This document shows positions 1-9,391 of a stretch of 63,953 nucleotides of DNA, in pieces. The notes under the pieces were generated by a model. It searched no databases, had not been told where the DNA came from, and saw only the letters and a list, made by a program, of their open reading frames with translations. The position numbers and the translations under genes were made by a program. Each line of letters starts with the position of its first letter. Positions within the stretch are counted from its first letter, which is position 1. Origin of the DNA: Bacteroidota bacterium (GTDB lineage: Bacteria; Bacteroidota; Bacteroidia; 2-12-FULL-35-15); the NCBI GenBank assembly GCA_025363555.1, contig JANYDQ010000024.1, forward strand, positions 1 through 63,953, read 5' to 3'.

Positions 1-72
1 GGTGAAGGATGTGAAATTTTTTCTCTTCAGATTAGAAAAGCTCTTCGCTTAATTTTTTTACTCCCTACAAAA

Positions 73-324
73 TTACGTTGACCCAGTATTTATTACACTT
101 ACGGAATTGCTACCTGCGTTAGTAATATATGCCTTTGTTCCATCAGGGCTGACAGAAACGCCACGAGGAAATGTTCCAACTGGAATTGTAGTTGTAACAG
201 TATTAGTTGCAAGATTAATAACTGATACTGTATTGTCTGCACTGTTCGTTATGAATGCAGTTTGTGCAATACAAATACTAACTGAAATTAGTATTAAAGT
301 TGTTAAGTAAAATTTTCTTTTCAT
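73..324 (-). CDS. secreted YVTN-type beta-propeller repeat protein fragment (83 aa, about 2 blades only)
   Basis: Signal-peptide-like N-terminus MKRKFYLTTLILISVSICIAQ. It is followed by two YVTN-like repeats (ITNSADNTVSVINLATNTV..IPVG.FPRGVSVSPDGTKAYITNAGSNSVSVI). The frame closes with TAA and the downstream frame does not continue the repeats. Confidence 0.45.
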   Translation of the reverse strand: MKRKFYLTTLILISVSICIAQTAFITNSADNTVSVINLATNTVTTTIPVGTFPRGVSVSPDGTKAYITNAGSNSVSVINTGST

Positions 325-644
325 TTTGTTTTTGTTTTTCTTGTCTGCTTACTCTGTTCGGTTTTCAGCTACCCCGTTTGTTCAGCGCAGTCCTACAATT
401 GCTCATAACATATTCTTATGAGAAGTTCTAAAAGTACTAAATATTTAATTGCCAATGTTCCTAAAAAACATAAGTCATTTCCCGGCAGGATATGAAGTTT
501 TTTTAAACAAATAGTTTCTGAATAAAAAAAGTCATAAGAGTATTCTCCATAAAAAAAAATTCCCTAAACAAATACTTTTCCCGCTTTTTTTAAATTTGAT
601 TTACAGATAAATTTTAATTACTAAAACTTTAAACTAAAAATCAA

Positions 645-905
645 ATGAAAAACAAACCTAAATGGTACAACGAAGAAATGGAATTATACTGGCAGAACAT
701 CCTCCCCGAAAGTAGGAAGGCTATGTGTGTTTTGATGAAAGGTAAAAGGGTAAGCTTTAATACTTATATTCATTATTGTAACCGGATAATATGTATTGAA
801 CTTTTTATGAATGGGCACGATGCCAATTCTGCAAGTGATGCTACACGCATTCCGAATGGAACGGTTACTGATTTTTTTAATGAATGGTTAGCTGAATATT
901 TATAG
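645..905 (+). CDS. small hypothetical protein, possible C-terminal helix-turn-helix
   Basis: 86-aa ORF. The segment SASDATRIPNGTVTDFFNEW resembles a turn-plus-recognition helix. It lies upstream of the 21-bp array and Fn3-tail gene, the same layout as the XRE gene at 21736. The AT-rich surroundings make the ORF non-trivial, but there is no strong family match by eye. Confidence 0.3.
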   Translation: MKNKPKWYNEEMELYWQNILPESRKAMCVLMKGKRVSFNTYIHYCNRIICIELFMNGHDANSASDATRIPNGTVTDFFNEWLAEYL

Positions 906-920
906 TATAAATTAAACCAG

Positions 921-947
921 TGTCCGTAATATGACATATTACGGACA
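921..947 (+). terminator. hairpin after the 645-905 ORF (weak terminator candidate)
   Basis: TGTCCGTAAT (921-930) pairs perfectly with ATTACGGACA (938-947) across a 7-nt loop. The following T tract is weak. Confidence 0.3.
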
Positions 948-1210
948 TTGGGTATCCGGATATTTGGCTTGTTTTGAAAGAAAAAATACTTTTGGGGCAT
1001 AAAATTTTATAAACGCAACTCTGATACTAATGACCGTAGTTAATAATAACCTGTTTTTACGTTTCGCCAAAGTACACTTACGGATTGCAATGCCTCATTT
1101 GGTCAAAGAAGATAGAATAATGGAGAGACTTGCAACTACTTTCACGAAATTAAATAAAGGAATCACTCACTTTTATTATAATGATAAAAAGTAACAGCCA
1201 GCAGGCAGCT

Positions 1211-1483
1211 AAAAAGCGGGGGTAGTTTCTTTGTAATGATGTGCAATTATTAAAAAAGCATGCCATGTGAAGATAAAATGGGGTGATTTTTTAAAAATAA
1301 TGGTGATCTTTTGAAGCGAAGTGGGGTGAGTTGGGAACAAAACATTGTGTGGCGAAAAAAAAATGGCATGACGAGGGAACAAAAGATGGAAACGAAAACT
1401 CAAAACATAGCCATTATTTATTTAAAAGATGCCATTGAGAAACGAAAAATAGTCATTCTACAACAAAAGAGGGACAATAAATA
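1211..1483 (+). repeat. degenerate tandem array, 13 units of exactly 21 bp, phased A-tracts
   Basis: Cutting at 1211, 1232, 1253 ... 1463 puts an A-run at the start of almost every unit, followed by a G/T-rich core. Examples: aaaaaGCGGGGGTAG.., aaaaaGCATGCCATG.., taaaaTGGGGTGAT.., aaataATGGTGATC.., acaaaACATTGTGT.., aaaaaATGGCATGA.., acaaaAGATGGAAA.., tcaaaACATAGCCA.., acgaaAAATAGTCA.., acaaaAGAGGGACA... The array ends 45 bp before the ATG at 1528. Confidence 0.6.
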
Positions 1484-1527
1484 GAAACACAATTAAAATT
1501 AATTATTAACTAAATAACTATAAAAAA

Positions 1528-2079
1528 ATGGCAAGAGACCCGCATTTCAACCTGGGAATTTCATCGTACTCCGATGAACAATTAGACAACAAAATTAACT
1601 TGATTGCAGAAAACATGACCGGCAATCCTAATTATACCAATGTGGGCACCAAGGTGACCGACATGGTGGATTCGCAGGCAAGTTACAATGTGATAAAAGG
1701 AAAAAAAGGAACGGTTCTGAATTTTAAACAGATAAAAAAAACAGGACGAAAGGATTTGGTTGATACTATGGTGGTGTTGGGAGAATATGCCCGCGACAAA
1801 TGGCCCCTGGATGTTACCAAATGGAAAACAACAGGGTTCACCATACAGGTATATGACGGTGTGGTGGCAATACCAGTTACTCCTACCAATTTGAAAGCAA
1901 AAGATGCAATGGAGTATAGCCAGGTAGTGATTAGTTATAAAAAAGTGGCGTTTGCCACTCTTTTTGAAGGCAGGCATTGGTTAAAAGGAACGGCCGCCCC
2001 TGTTGATATTACCAATTCGTCTAAAAATTTAAAAATGTTGTTTAAAAGATTGATACAAGGCAAACCTTATAACTTCTAG
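1528..2079 (+). CDS. hypothetical protein, Fn3-tail family paralogue 1 (ends at an in-frame TAG; frame continues to 2181)
   Basis: 183-aa ORF with no signal peptide. The N-terminal LIAENMTGNPNYTNVGTKV aligns with LKFANRLPTYSAIVGVTTAE of the 22389 gene. The C-terminal half looks like a beta-sandwich (PVTPTNLKAKDAMEYSQVVISYKKV). The ORF stops at ..GKPYNF-TAG, and the same frame then reads VRSVGSAGTSEWSAIIVWAP, which is the expected last Fn3 strand. Confidence 0.6.
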   Translation: MARDPHFNLGISSYSDEQLDNKINLIAENMTGNPNYTNVGTKVTDMVDSQASYNVIKGKKGTVLNFKQIKKTGRKDLVDTMVVLGEYARDKWPLDVTKWKTTGFTIQVYDGVVAIPVTPTNLKAKDAMEYSQVVISYKKVAFATLFEGRHWLKGTAAPVDITNSSKNLKMLFKRLIQGKPYNF

Positions 2080-2233
2080 GTGCGCTCTGTGGGCTCTGCC
2101 GGAACAAGCGAATGGAGTGCTATTATAGTTTGGGCTCCGCGTGTGGACCCGGGAGCGGGCGAAGAAAGCGCAAATGCGTAAATGTTGTTTGCGGGCATTT
2201 TTTAATTTACAATCATCATCCTTCTAAAATAAA

Positions 2234-2282
2234 CCTTGCAGTAGACCAATTGTTATGGCACTGCAAGGTTTTATTTTTTTTT
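2234..2282 (+). terminator. rho-independent terminator
   Basis: CCTTGCAGT (2234-2242) pairs with ACTGCAAGG (2260-2268), followed by TTTTATTTTTTTTT. Confidence 0.7.
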
Positions 2283-2495
2283 ACAGGCTACCTTTCCGGA
2301 CGCACATTTTAATTAAAAAAAGTAAATTATTTTTAACCTGACTAACAGTGCCTGCCTCATATCTTATGTGGACTACCAAAATGTGGTATCAAATGATTTC
2401 TTATCTTTGAAATCGCAAAAAAACAGATTACCCTGTTGTTTTTTGAAGTGCTGCCTGTGCAGCGCTTGCAGATGGGCAGAAGGGTAAAAAAAGAA

Positions 2496-3626
2496 ATGTT
2501 ATTTAAACAAATCATAGGACAACAGGCAGTGAAGCAACGGCTGGTGCGCTCCATAAAAGAGGGGCGGATAAGCCATGCCCAATTGTTTTTAGGACCCCAG
2601 GGAAGTGGCAGCCTGGCGCTGGCTTTGGCGTATGCGCAGTTTATTTCGTGCAAAAACAAACAGGAAGATGATGCCTGCGGAACGTGTTCTTCGTGCATTA
2701 AATATAATAAACTTATTCACCCGGATTTGCATTTTGTGTACCCGGTGGCATTGTCCAAAACGATTAGGGTAAGCACCGATTTGGCAGCAGAGTGGAGAGA
2801 AGCATTTTTGGACAATCCCTACATTACGCTGTTTAACTGGTTTGAACAATTGGGCGCGGAAAACAAGCAAGCAGTGATAGGTGTGGACGAAAGTGGAGAG
2901 ATACTTCGCAAATTAAGCCTGACTACTTACGAAAGCGAATATAAAATAATGATTATCTGGCAGGCAGATAAAATGAATATTGGCGCGGCAAACAAACTGT
3001 TGAAAATACTGGAAGAGCCGCCCGATAAAACATTGTTTTTATTGGTATGCGAAAGCGAAGACCAGTTGTTAAGAACCATTTTGTCGAGAACTCAATTAAT
3101 AAAAATTCCGAAAATAACGGATGAAGAATTGATAAAGGCACTGATGGAAAGAAACGGGCTGTCGGCAGAATCGGCAGAAACCACGGCTCACCTGGCAGAT
3201 GGCAACTATGCAGAAGCGCTGATGCTGATAAATGAAAATGAAAACGCGGCACAAAATTTAGCAAGCTTTCAGAAGTTGATGCGGGCTTCGTTTAAATGGA
3301 ATCCAAAAGCAGTAATGAGTTGGATTGACGAAATATCGGCAACAGGCAGAGAGCGTCAAAAGAACTTTTTGAAGTATGCCCTTCACATTGTGCGCGAAAG
3401 CCTCATGTTGAGTTATGCAGACCAAAGTATTGTAAAACTTGGGGTTCACGAACAAAAGTTTGTTACCGACTTTTCTCCGTACATACATTCCAGCAATGCA
3501 GAACGATTTATAGAAGAACTGAACAAAGCCTATTTTCACATGGAACGAAATGCCAATTCGAAAATATTATTTATGGATTTGGCGTTTAAGTTCAATGAAT
3601 TACTAAATTTACCGAAATCAATATAG
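2496..3626 (+). CDS. holB: DNA polymerase III subunit delta-prime
   Basis: GRISHAQLFLGPQGSGSLALALAYAQFISC (clamp-loader AAA+ P-loop-like region), zinc module CGTCSSCIKYNKLIHPDLHFVYP, and LKILEEPP. The ATG at 2496 (MLFKQIIGQQAV) is preferred over the longer ORF start at 2436. Confidence 0.85.
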   Translation: MLFKQIIGQQAVKQRLVRSIKEGRISHAQLFLGPQGSGSLALALAYAQFISCKNKQEDDACGTCSSCIKYNKLIHPDLHFVYPVALSKTIRVSTDLAAEWREAFLDNPYITLFNWFEQLGAENKQAVIGVDESGEILRKLSLTTYESEYKIMIIWQADKMNIGAANKLLKILEEPPDKTLFLLVCESEDQLLRTILSRTQLIKIPKITDEELIKALMERNGLSAESAETTAHLADGNYAEALMLINENENAAQNLASFQKLMRASFKWNPKAVMSWIDEISATGRERQKNFLKYALHIVRESLMLSYADQSIVKLGVHEQKFVTDFSPYIHSSNAERFIEELNKAYFHMERNANSKILFMDLAFKFNELLNLPKSI

Positions 3627-3680
3627 ACAATACAACAAATTAGCAATAAAGCAATTCAACAATAGAACAATATATAAGAT

Positions 3681-5120
3681 ATGGGATGTAGCGGATGTTC
3701 AACAGGCAGAGGATGTAGTACTGCCAGTACCGGTTTGCCGGGAGGATGCAAAAATAATGGCTCGTGTGGAGTAGGAGGATGTAATAAATTAAACGTGTTC
3801 GACTGGCTGGCTAATATGGAATTGCCGGGCGGACAAGCTCCTTTCGACATTGTAGAAGTGAGATTTAAAAACAGCAGGAAAGAATTTTTCAGGAACACCA
3901 TAGGGGTGCAGTTAAATGTTGGAGATGTGGTGGCGGTAGAAGCCATGTCCGGTCACGATATTGGTGTGGTTTCTATTTCGGGCGAACTGGTGCGTTTGCA
4001 AATGCAGAAGAAAAATGTAAAAGCGGATTCGCAGGAAATAAAAAAGATTTACCGCAAAGCCAAACCGTTGGATATTGATAAATGGCTGGAAGCACAGGGG
4101 TTGGAACAACCTACCATGTACCGTGCGCGAACATTTGCGGTGAAGCTAAAACTGGAAATGAAAATTTCGGATGTAGAATACCAGGGCGACAGAACCAAAG
4201 CCATATTTTATTACACAGCTGATGACCGTGTTGATTTTCGTGAACTGATAAAAGTATTGGGTGCCGAATTTAAAGTGCGAATAGAAATGAAACAAATTGG
4301 CTCTCGCCAGGAAGCAGGGCGTTTGGGAGCAATAGGTTCGTGCGGAAGAGAATTGTGCTGTGCCACCTGGCTCACCGATTTTCGTGCCGTATCCACCAGT
4401 GCTGCCCGCTATCAGCAGTTGTCATTAAACCCGCTGAAACTGGCGGGACAATGTGGCAAGTTAAAATGCTGTTTGAACTATGAGCTGGATAGTTACCTGG
4501 ATGCACTTAAAGATTTTCCGGAAGTAGCGAATGTGAAACTGGAAACCGACAAAGGAAGAGCGTTTCATCAAAAGACAGATATTTTCAGACGCACCATGTT
4601 TTTCTCTTACACCAGCGAACCCGATAATTTTATTCCATTGTCTATTGAGCGGGTAAAAGAAATAATGGCACTAAATGCACAAGGCGAAAAACCAGCAGAG
4701 TTGACTATTAAAGTGTTTCCTTCTAAAATAGTAGAACGGGTTCTTGATTATGAAAATGTGGTGGGGCAGGATAGTGTTACCCGGTTTGACAAAACCAGGA
4801 AAAAGAAAAACGTTAAAAACAAAAAACGTAATCCGAACCAGGGAACAAGACCGAATGCAACTGCGGGAGCAGTGCCGAACCAAAATGCAGGAGGAACGCC
4901 TAGAACAAATCCTTCGGCATCAAGACCCGACAGCGGAACACCAAGACCCAATACAAGAACGCCACAACCTAATACCGAAACAAGAGGACCTAATACCGGA
5001 ACACCAAAACCTAATACCGGACCTCCGAAACCGAACAATAACCCGAACAGGCGCAGACCAAATAATAACCGTCCGAGACCAAACAACCCAACTAACAAAC
5101 CCCCGGGAGAAGAAAAATAA
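3681..5120 (+). CDS. PSP1 domain protein (YaaT/RicT-like) with Cys-rich N-terminus and long P/N/T-rich C-terminal tail
   Basis: PSP1 core (GDVVAVEA..GHDIGVVS...KAIFYYTADDRVDFRELIKVL..FKVRIEMKQIG.R). Adjacency to holB matches Bacillus yaaT. The tail is RPNTRTPQPNTETRGPNTGTPKPNTGPPKPNNNPNRRRPNNNRPRPNN. Confidence 0.8.
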   Translation: MGCSGCSTGRGCSTASTGLPGGCKNNGSCGVGGCNKLNVFDWLANMELPGGQAPFDIVEVRFKNSRKEFFRNTIGVQLNVGDVVAVEAMSGHDIGVVSISGELVRLQMQKKNVKADSQEIKKIYRKAKPLDIDKWLEAQGLEQPTMYRARTFAVKLKLEMKISDVEYQGDRTKAIFYYTADDRVDFRELIKVLGAEFKVRIEMKQIGSRQEAGRLGAIGSCGRELCCATWLTDFRAVSTSAARYQQLSLNPLKLAGQCGKLKCCLNYELDSYLDALKDFPEVANVKLETDKGRAFHQKTDIFRRTMFFSYTSEPDNFIPLSIERVKEIMALNAQGEKPAELTIKVFPSKIVERVLDYENVVGQDSVTRFDKTRKKKNVKNKKRNPNQGTRPNATAGAVPNQNAGGTPRTNPSASRPDSGTPRPNTRTPQPNTETRGPNTGTPKPNTGPPKPNNNPNRRRPNNNRPRPNNPTNKPPGEEK

Positions 5121-5174
5121 ATAATCATTGCTCCTGCCATGTTTTAAATGTGGGCAGGGGTATATAGAAAAGGG

Positions 5175-5660
5175 ATGAAAGCCATACAATACACAAAATT
5201 TATTTTTTTATTATCCATTATAATTCCCGTTTTGTTTTTTACTTCCTGCGACCGCGCCCGTATCTTTGAGAAAAACCAGGACATTCCGGAGGAAGGATGG
5301 AAAAAAGACAATGTTATAAAATTTGATGTGGATATAAAAGACCCTTCTACTGCCACTAATTTTTATATAAATGTACGCAATGCAGATGGCTACCCGTTCA
5401 GCAATTTATACCTGTTTATCAAAACCACTTTTCCAAACGGTAAAATGTCGAACGATACGCTGGAGTGTCAACTGGCTGACGAAAAAGGAAAATGGCTGGG
5501 CAGCGGGTTGGGCGATATTTATGATAATCAAATACTGTTTAAGCGTAATGTTCGTTTCCCGATGGCGGGAACCTACAAGTTTGAACTGCAACACGGAATG
5601 CGGGTAGAGCCGGTGTTGCTGATAATGGATGTGGGATTAAGAATTGCAAAAGCAGAATAG
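5175..5660 (+). CDS. gldH: gliding motility lipoprotein GldH
   Basis: Lipobox (LFFTSC). Family-typical motifs: FEKNQDIPEEGWKKDNVIKFDV, YINVRNADGYPFSNLYLFI, GTYKFELQHGMR. The ATG at 5175 is preferred over 5148. Confidence 0.8.
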   Translation: MKAIQYTKFIFLLSIIIPVLFFTSCDRARIFEKNQDIPEEGWKKDNVIKFDVDIKDPSTATNFYINVRNADGYPFSNLYLFIKTTFPNGKMSNDTLECQLADEKGKWLGSGLGDIYDNQILFKRNVRFPMAGTYKFELQHGMRVEPVLLIMDVGLRIAKAE

Positions 5661-5688
5661 CACCACAAAAACAACATCAACAAAAATA

Positions 5689-7947
5689 ATGGTTAAGGAA
5701 AAAGAAGACAAAAAAAAGAAGAGAAGATTCATTATCTGGTTTTGGATACTATTTACATTACCTGTTTTTTCCGTTTTATTATTTGTTCTGGGAGTTCGCA
5801 TGTTTGCCGACCTCCCAGATACGGAAGCGTTACAAAATCCGAAAACAAATTTAGCAACAGAAGTGCTTTCGAGCGATATGAAAGTGCTGGGAAAATATTT
5901 TGCCGAAAACAGAACGAATGTAAAGTTTAAAGATATTTCGCCTAATGTGGTGAATGCTTTAATTGCAACCGAAGATGCCCGTTTTTACAGTCATTCGGGA
6001 GTTGACATTCGTGCATTGGGAAGAGCAGTGTTTGGTGCAATGCACCATAGCGAAAGTAGCGGTGGAGGAAGTACTATTACGCAGCAATTAGCAAAGATGC
6101 TTTTTCCGAGAGAAGATTTGCATGGATTTAAATTGGTGATAAGGAAATTAAAAGAATGGATTATTGCAGTGAAGCTGGAGCGGGAATACACCAAGCAGGA
6201 AATCATTGCCATGTATCTCAACAAATTTGATTTTGTGAATAATGCAGTAGGAATAAAATCGGCTGCGGAAATATATTTTGGCACTACTCCTGATTCTCTT
6301 CGGATTGAACAGGCAGCTGTGCTGGTGGGGATGGCTAAGAACCCGGCAATGTTTAACCCCAACCGTTTTAAATTGAAATCGGAGGGAAGACGGAATACGG
6401 TGCTGCAGCAAATGAATAAATATGGTTTCCTTTCTAATAAACAATTGGACTCTTTACAAAAAATTCCGCTTGCTTTAAATTATCATTCGGCTGACCATAA
6501 TGAAGGGCTTGCTCCTTATTTCAGGGAATACATAAGAGATGTGTTTATGAAAAAGTGGTGTGAGGAAAATCTGAAACCCGATGGAACAAAATACGATGTG
6601 TACAGGGACGGGTTAAAAATATATACTACCATTGATTCCCGCTACCAGCGACACGCAGAGGAAGCGGTGGCGGAACACCTGACGGAATTGCAAGCTTCGT
6701 TTGATAAAGATTGTAAGCAAAAAAGAAATGCTCCGTTTGCATTTAATGTATCCAAAGCAGAAATAAAAGATATACTTCACCAAGGCATGAAGCGTTCGGA
6801 GCGATACCGGATATTGAAAAAAGCAGGGATGAGTGATGATGAGATTGAAAAGAATTTTAATACCAAGATAGCGATGACTGTTTTTTCATGGAAGAGAACC
6901 ATTGATACTGTAATGTCGCCATTTGATTCTATAAAATATTATAAAGGTTTTTTGCAAACGGGGTTTATGTCTATAGAGCCGCAAACGGGTTATATAAAAG
7001 CATGGGTGGGTGGTAATAATCATAAGTTTTTTCAATACGACCATGTGCAGATAGGACATTCGCGGCAAGTCGGTTCTACTTTTAAACCTTTTATATATGC
7101 GCTGGCTATACAGGAAGGGTATTCGCCTTGTTATAAATTGCCGAACGTGAGAACGTGTATTGATATGCCGGAAGGTCAGCCGCAATGGTGCCCTGATAAT
7201 TCGGCTGGAGATGAAAAATGGGAAGGAAGAAGTATTACCCTTCGATTTGCCCTGGCAAATTCGCTGAATTATATTTCTGCTTATTTGATAAAACAATTTT
7301 CTCCGCAGGCGGTAATTACACTGGCAAGAAAAATGGGAATTGTGAGTCCGATTGAGAATGTTCCTTCTATTTGTTTGGGAACTCCGGAAATATCTGTTTT
7401 TGAAATGGTGGGCGCTAATGCTACATTTGCCAATAAAGGGACCTGGATTCAGCCAACTTTTATAACCCGGATAGAAGATAAGAACGGGAAAGTGCTGGAG
7501 GAGTTTAATCCGAAAACGGAAGAGGTGATGAGCGAGGAGAAGGCTTATGTGATGTTGCAGTTGATGAAAGGGGTGGTGGAACTGGGGACGGGAGCAAGAT
7601 TGAGGTCTATGTATAAACTTACTAACCCGATAGCGGGGAAAACGGGCACTACTCAAAATAATTCGGATGGGTGGTTTATGGGGATTACTCCTGAACTGGT
7701 TTCGGGCTGCTGGGTGGGTGCGGAAGACAGGAGTGTTCATTTTAACAGTACGGATAAGGGGCAGGGAGCGGCTATGGCGCTTCCTATTTTTGCTCATTAT
7801 ATGCAGAGGATATATGCTGATAAGACGATTAAGATTTCGAAAGGGGATTTTGATAAACCGGCAAAGAAAATAGAGGTGGAAATGAATTGCGGGAAATATG
7901 ATAAGGAGACAGAAAGCGGAGAAGAGAAGTTTAATGTGGAGGAGTAA
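5689..7947 (+). CDS. mrcA: penicillin-binding protein 1A (bifunctional glycosyltransferase/transpeptidase)
   Basis: GT51 motifs [23 protein letters not shown] and RKLKEW. Transpeptidase motifs STFKP, SLN and KTGTT. The ORF-track start at 5644 is TTG, so the first ATG at 5689 is preferred. Confidence 0.9.
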   Translation: MVKEKEDKKKKRRFIIWFWILFTLPVFSVLLFVLGVRMFADLPDTEALQNPKTNLATEVLSSDMKVLGKYFAENRTNVKFKDISPNVVNALIATEDARFYSHSGVDIRALGRAVFGAMHHSESSGGGSTITQQLAKMLFPREDLHGFKLVIRKLKEWIIAVKLEREYTKQEIIAMYLNKFDFVNNAVGIKSAAEIYFGTTPDSLRIEQAAVLVGMAKNPAMFNPNRFKLKSEGRRNTVLQQMNKYGFLSNKQLDSLQKIPLALNYHSADHNEGLAPYFREYIRDVFMKKWCEENLKPDGTKYDVYRDGLKIYTTIDSRYQRHAEEAVAEHLTELQASFDKDCKQKRNAPFAFNVSKAEIKDILHQGMKRSERYRILKKAGMSDDEIEKNFNTKIAMTVFSWKRTIDTVMSPFDSIKYYKGFLQTGFMSIEPQTGYIKAWVGGNNHKFFQYDHVQIGHSRQVGSTFKPFIYALAIQEGYSPCYKLPNVRTCIDMPEGQPQWCPDNSAGDEKWEGRSITLRFALANSLNYISAYLIKQFSPQAVITLARKMGIVSPIENVPSICLGTPEISVFEMVGANATFANKGTWIQPTFITRIEDKNGKVLEEFNPKTEEVMSEEKAYVMLQLMKGVVELGTGARLRSMYKLTNPIAGKTGTTQNNSDGWFMGITPELVSGCWVGAEDRSVHFNSTDKGQGAAMALPIFAHYMQRIYADKTIKISKGDFDKPAKKIEVEMNCGKYDKETESGEEKFNVEE

Positions 7948-7976
7948 ATAAACATAAATTCGTAATTGGTTGTACT

Positions 7977-8684
7977 ATGAATAAAACAATAAAAAATGCA
8001 GATGAAGCCATTAAAGATATTGGCGACAATGTAACCATTATGCTCGGTGGTTTTGGGTTGTGTGGCATTCCCGAAAATTGTATTACCGCTTTGGTAAAAA
8101 AAGGGGTGAAAGGATTAACTTGTATTTCAAATAATGCAGGAGTGGATGATTTCGGGATTGGCTTGATGCTAAAAACCCGACAGGTAAAAAAAATGATTTC
8201 ATCTTATGTGGGCGAAAATGCAGAGTTTGAAAGACAATTGTTAAGTGGAGAATTGGAAGTAGAATTAATTCCACAAGGAACTTTGGCTACACGATGTCTG
8301 GCTGCAGGATATGGAATGCCTGCGGTATATACTCCTGCTGGTGTAGGAACAGAAGTAGCAATAGGTAAGGAAAGCAGAATGTTTATGGTGGAAGGCGAAG
8401 AAAAAGAGTTTTTGATGGAGATGGCTTTTGACGCTGATTTTGCGATTGTAAAAGCATGGAAAGGTGACAGGCATGGCAATTTAATTTTTCATGAAACAGC
8501 AAGGAACTTTAATCCGATGATGGCAATGGCAGGAAAAATAACTATTGCAGAGGTGGAGGAATTAGTTGAGGCAGGAGAGTTAGAACCCGACCAGGTTCAT
8601 ACTCCCGGAATATATGTACATAGGATTTTCCAGGGAAGTAATTATGAAAAGAGAATTGAGCAACGTACTGTAAGAAAAAAATAA
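7977..8684 (+). CDS. scoA: CoA transferase subunit A (3-oxoacid/acetoacetate CoA-transferase)
   Basis: [18 protein letters not shown] and ELIPQGTLA motifs. Paired with the B subunit. Confidence 0.85.
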   Translation: MNKTIKNADEAIKDIGDNVTIMLGGFGLCGIPENCITALVKKGVKGLTCISNNAGVDDFGIGLMLKTRQVKKMISSYVGENAEFERQLLSGELEVELIPQGTLATRCLAAGYGMPAVYTPAGVGTEVAIGKESRMFMVEGEEKEFLMEMAFDADFAIVKAWKGDRHGNLIFHETARNFNPMMAMAGKITIAEVEELVEAGELEPDQVHTPGIYVHRIFQGSNYEKRIEQRTVRKK

Positions 8685-8693
8685 GCTATAAAT

Positions 8694-9350
8694 ATGTTAG
8701 ACAAAGTTGGAATTGCAAAACGCATTGCAAAAGAAATTAAGGATGGTTATTATGTGAACCTGGGAATTGGGATTCCAACACTGGTAGCTAATTATATTCC
8801 GAAAGGAATAAATGTAGTGCTTCAATCAGAAAATGGATTGCTTGGAATGGGCCCATTTCCTTTTGAAGGGGAAGAAGATTCGGATTTGATAAACGCTGGA
8901 AAACAAACTATAACTACTGTTCCCGGTTCTGCCTTTTTTGATTCGGCAATGAGTTTTGGAATGATTCGCTCGCGGAAAGTGGATTTAACTATTCTGGGCG
9001 CAATGGAAGTTGCCGATAATGGTGATATTGCCAATTGGAAAATTCCGGGAAAGATGGTGAAAGGTATGGGAGGTGCAATGGATTTAGTTGCTTCTGCAAA
9101 AAATATTATTGTGGCGATGCAACATGTGAACAAAGCAGGTGAATCGAAACTATTACCAAAATGCGAATTACCTTTAACCGGAGTTCGGTGCGTAAAAAAA
9201 ATTGTAACCGAATTAGCAGTACTTGATGTTACCCCAGAAGGATTCAAATTATTGGAACGTGCTCCGGGTGTGAGTGTGGAACAAATAAAAAATGCAACTG
9301 GGGGGAGATTGATAATAGAAGGGGATGTGCCGGAGATGGTGATTGATTGA
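8694..9350 (+). CDS. scoB: CoA transferase subunit B
   Basis: VNLGIGIPT, SENGLLG (catalytic Glu region), and MGGAMDLV. Confidence 0.85.
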   Translation: MLDKVGIAKRIAKEIKDGYYVNLGIGIPTLVANYIPKGINVVLQSENGLLGMGPFPFEGEEDSDLINAGKQTITTVPGSAFFDSAMSFGMIRSRKVDLTILGAMEVADNGDIANWKIPGKMVKGMGGAMDLVASAKNIIVAMQHVNKAGESKLLPKCELPLTGVRCVKKIVTELAVLDVTPEGFKLLERAPGVSVEQIKNATGGRLIIEGDVPEMVID

Positions 9351-9391
9351 ATTACTCATTGCTTGGTGGAACGCCTTCCGGTGAAAGGGTA

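Noticed and set aside
2077-2079. TAG reassignment (sense-codon use) to explain the in-frame TAG in paralogue 1
   Set aside because: Well-supported genes in the same window terminate at TAG at the expected protein ends (holB at 3624-3626, gldH at 5658-5660). TAG is therefore a normal stop here, and a nonsense mutation or local read-through is more plausible.
4744-5140. 126-aa (+) and 130-aa (-) ORFs overlapping the 3-prime end of the PSP1 gene
   Set aside because: They are artefacts of the repetitive P/N/T-coding DNA. They lie entirely within a well-supported CDS and encode low-complexity sequence.
6886-7797. 303-aa minus-strand ORF antisense to the PBP1A gene
   Set aside because: It lies completely inside a CDS with all the canonical PBP motifs. 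The antisense product is R/F/H-rich with no domain.
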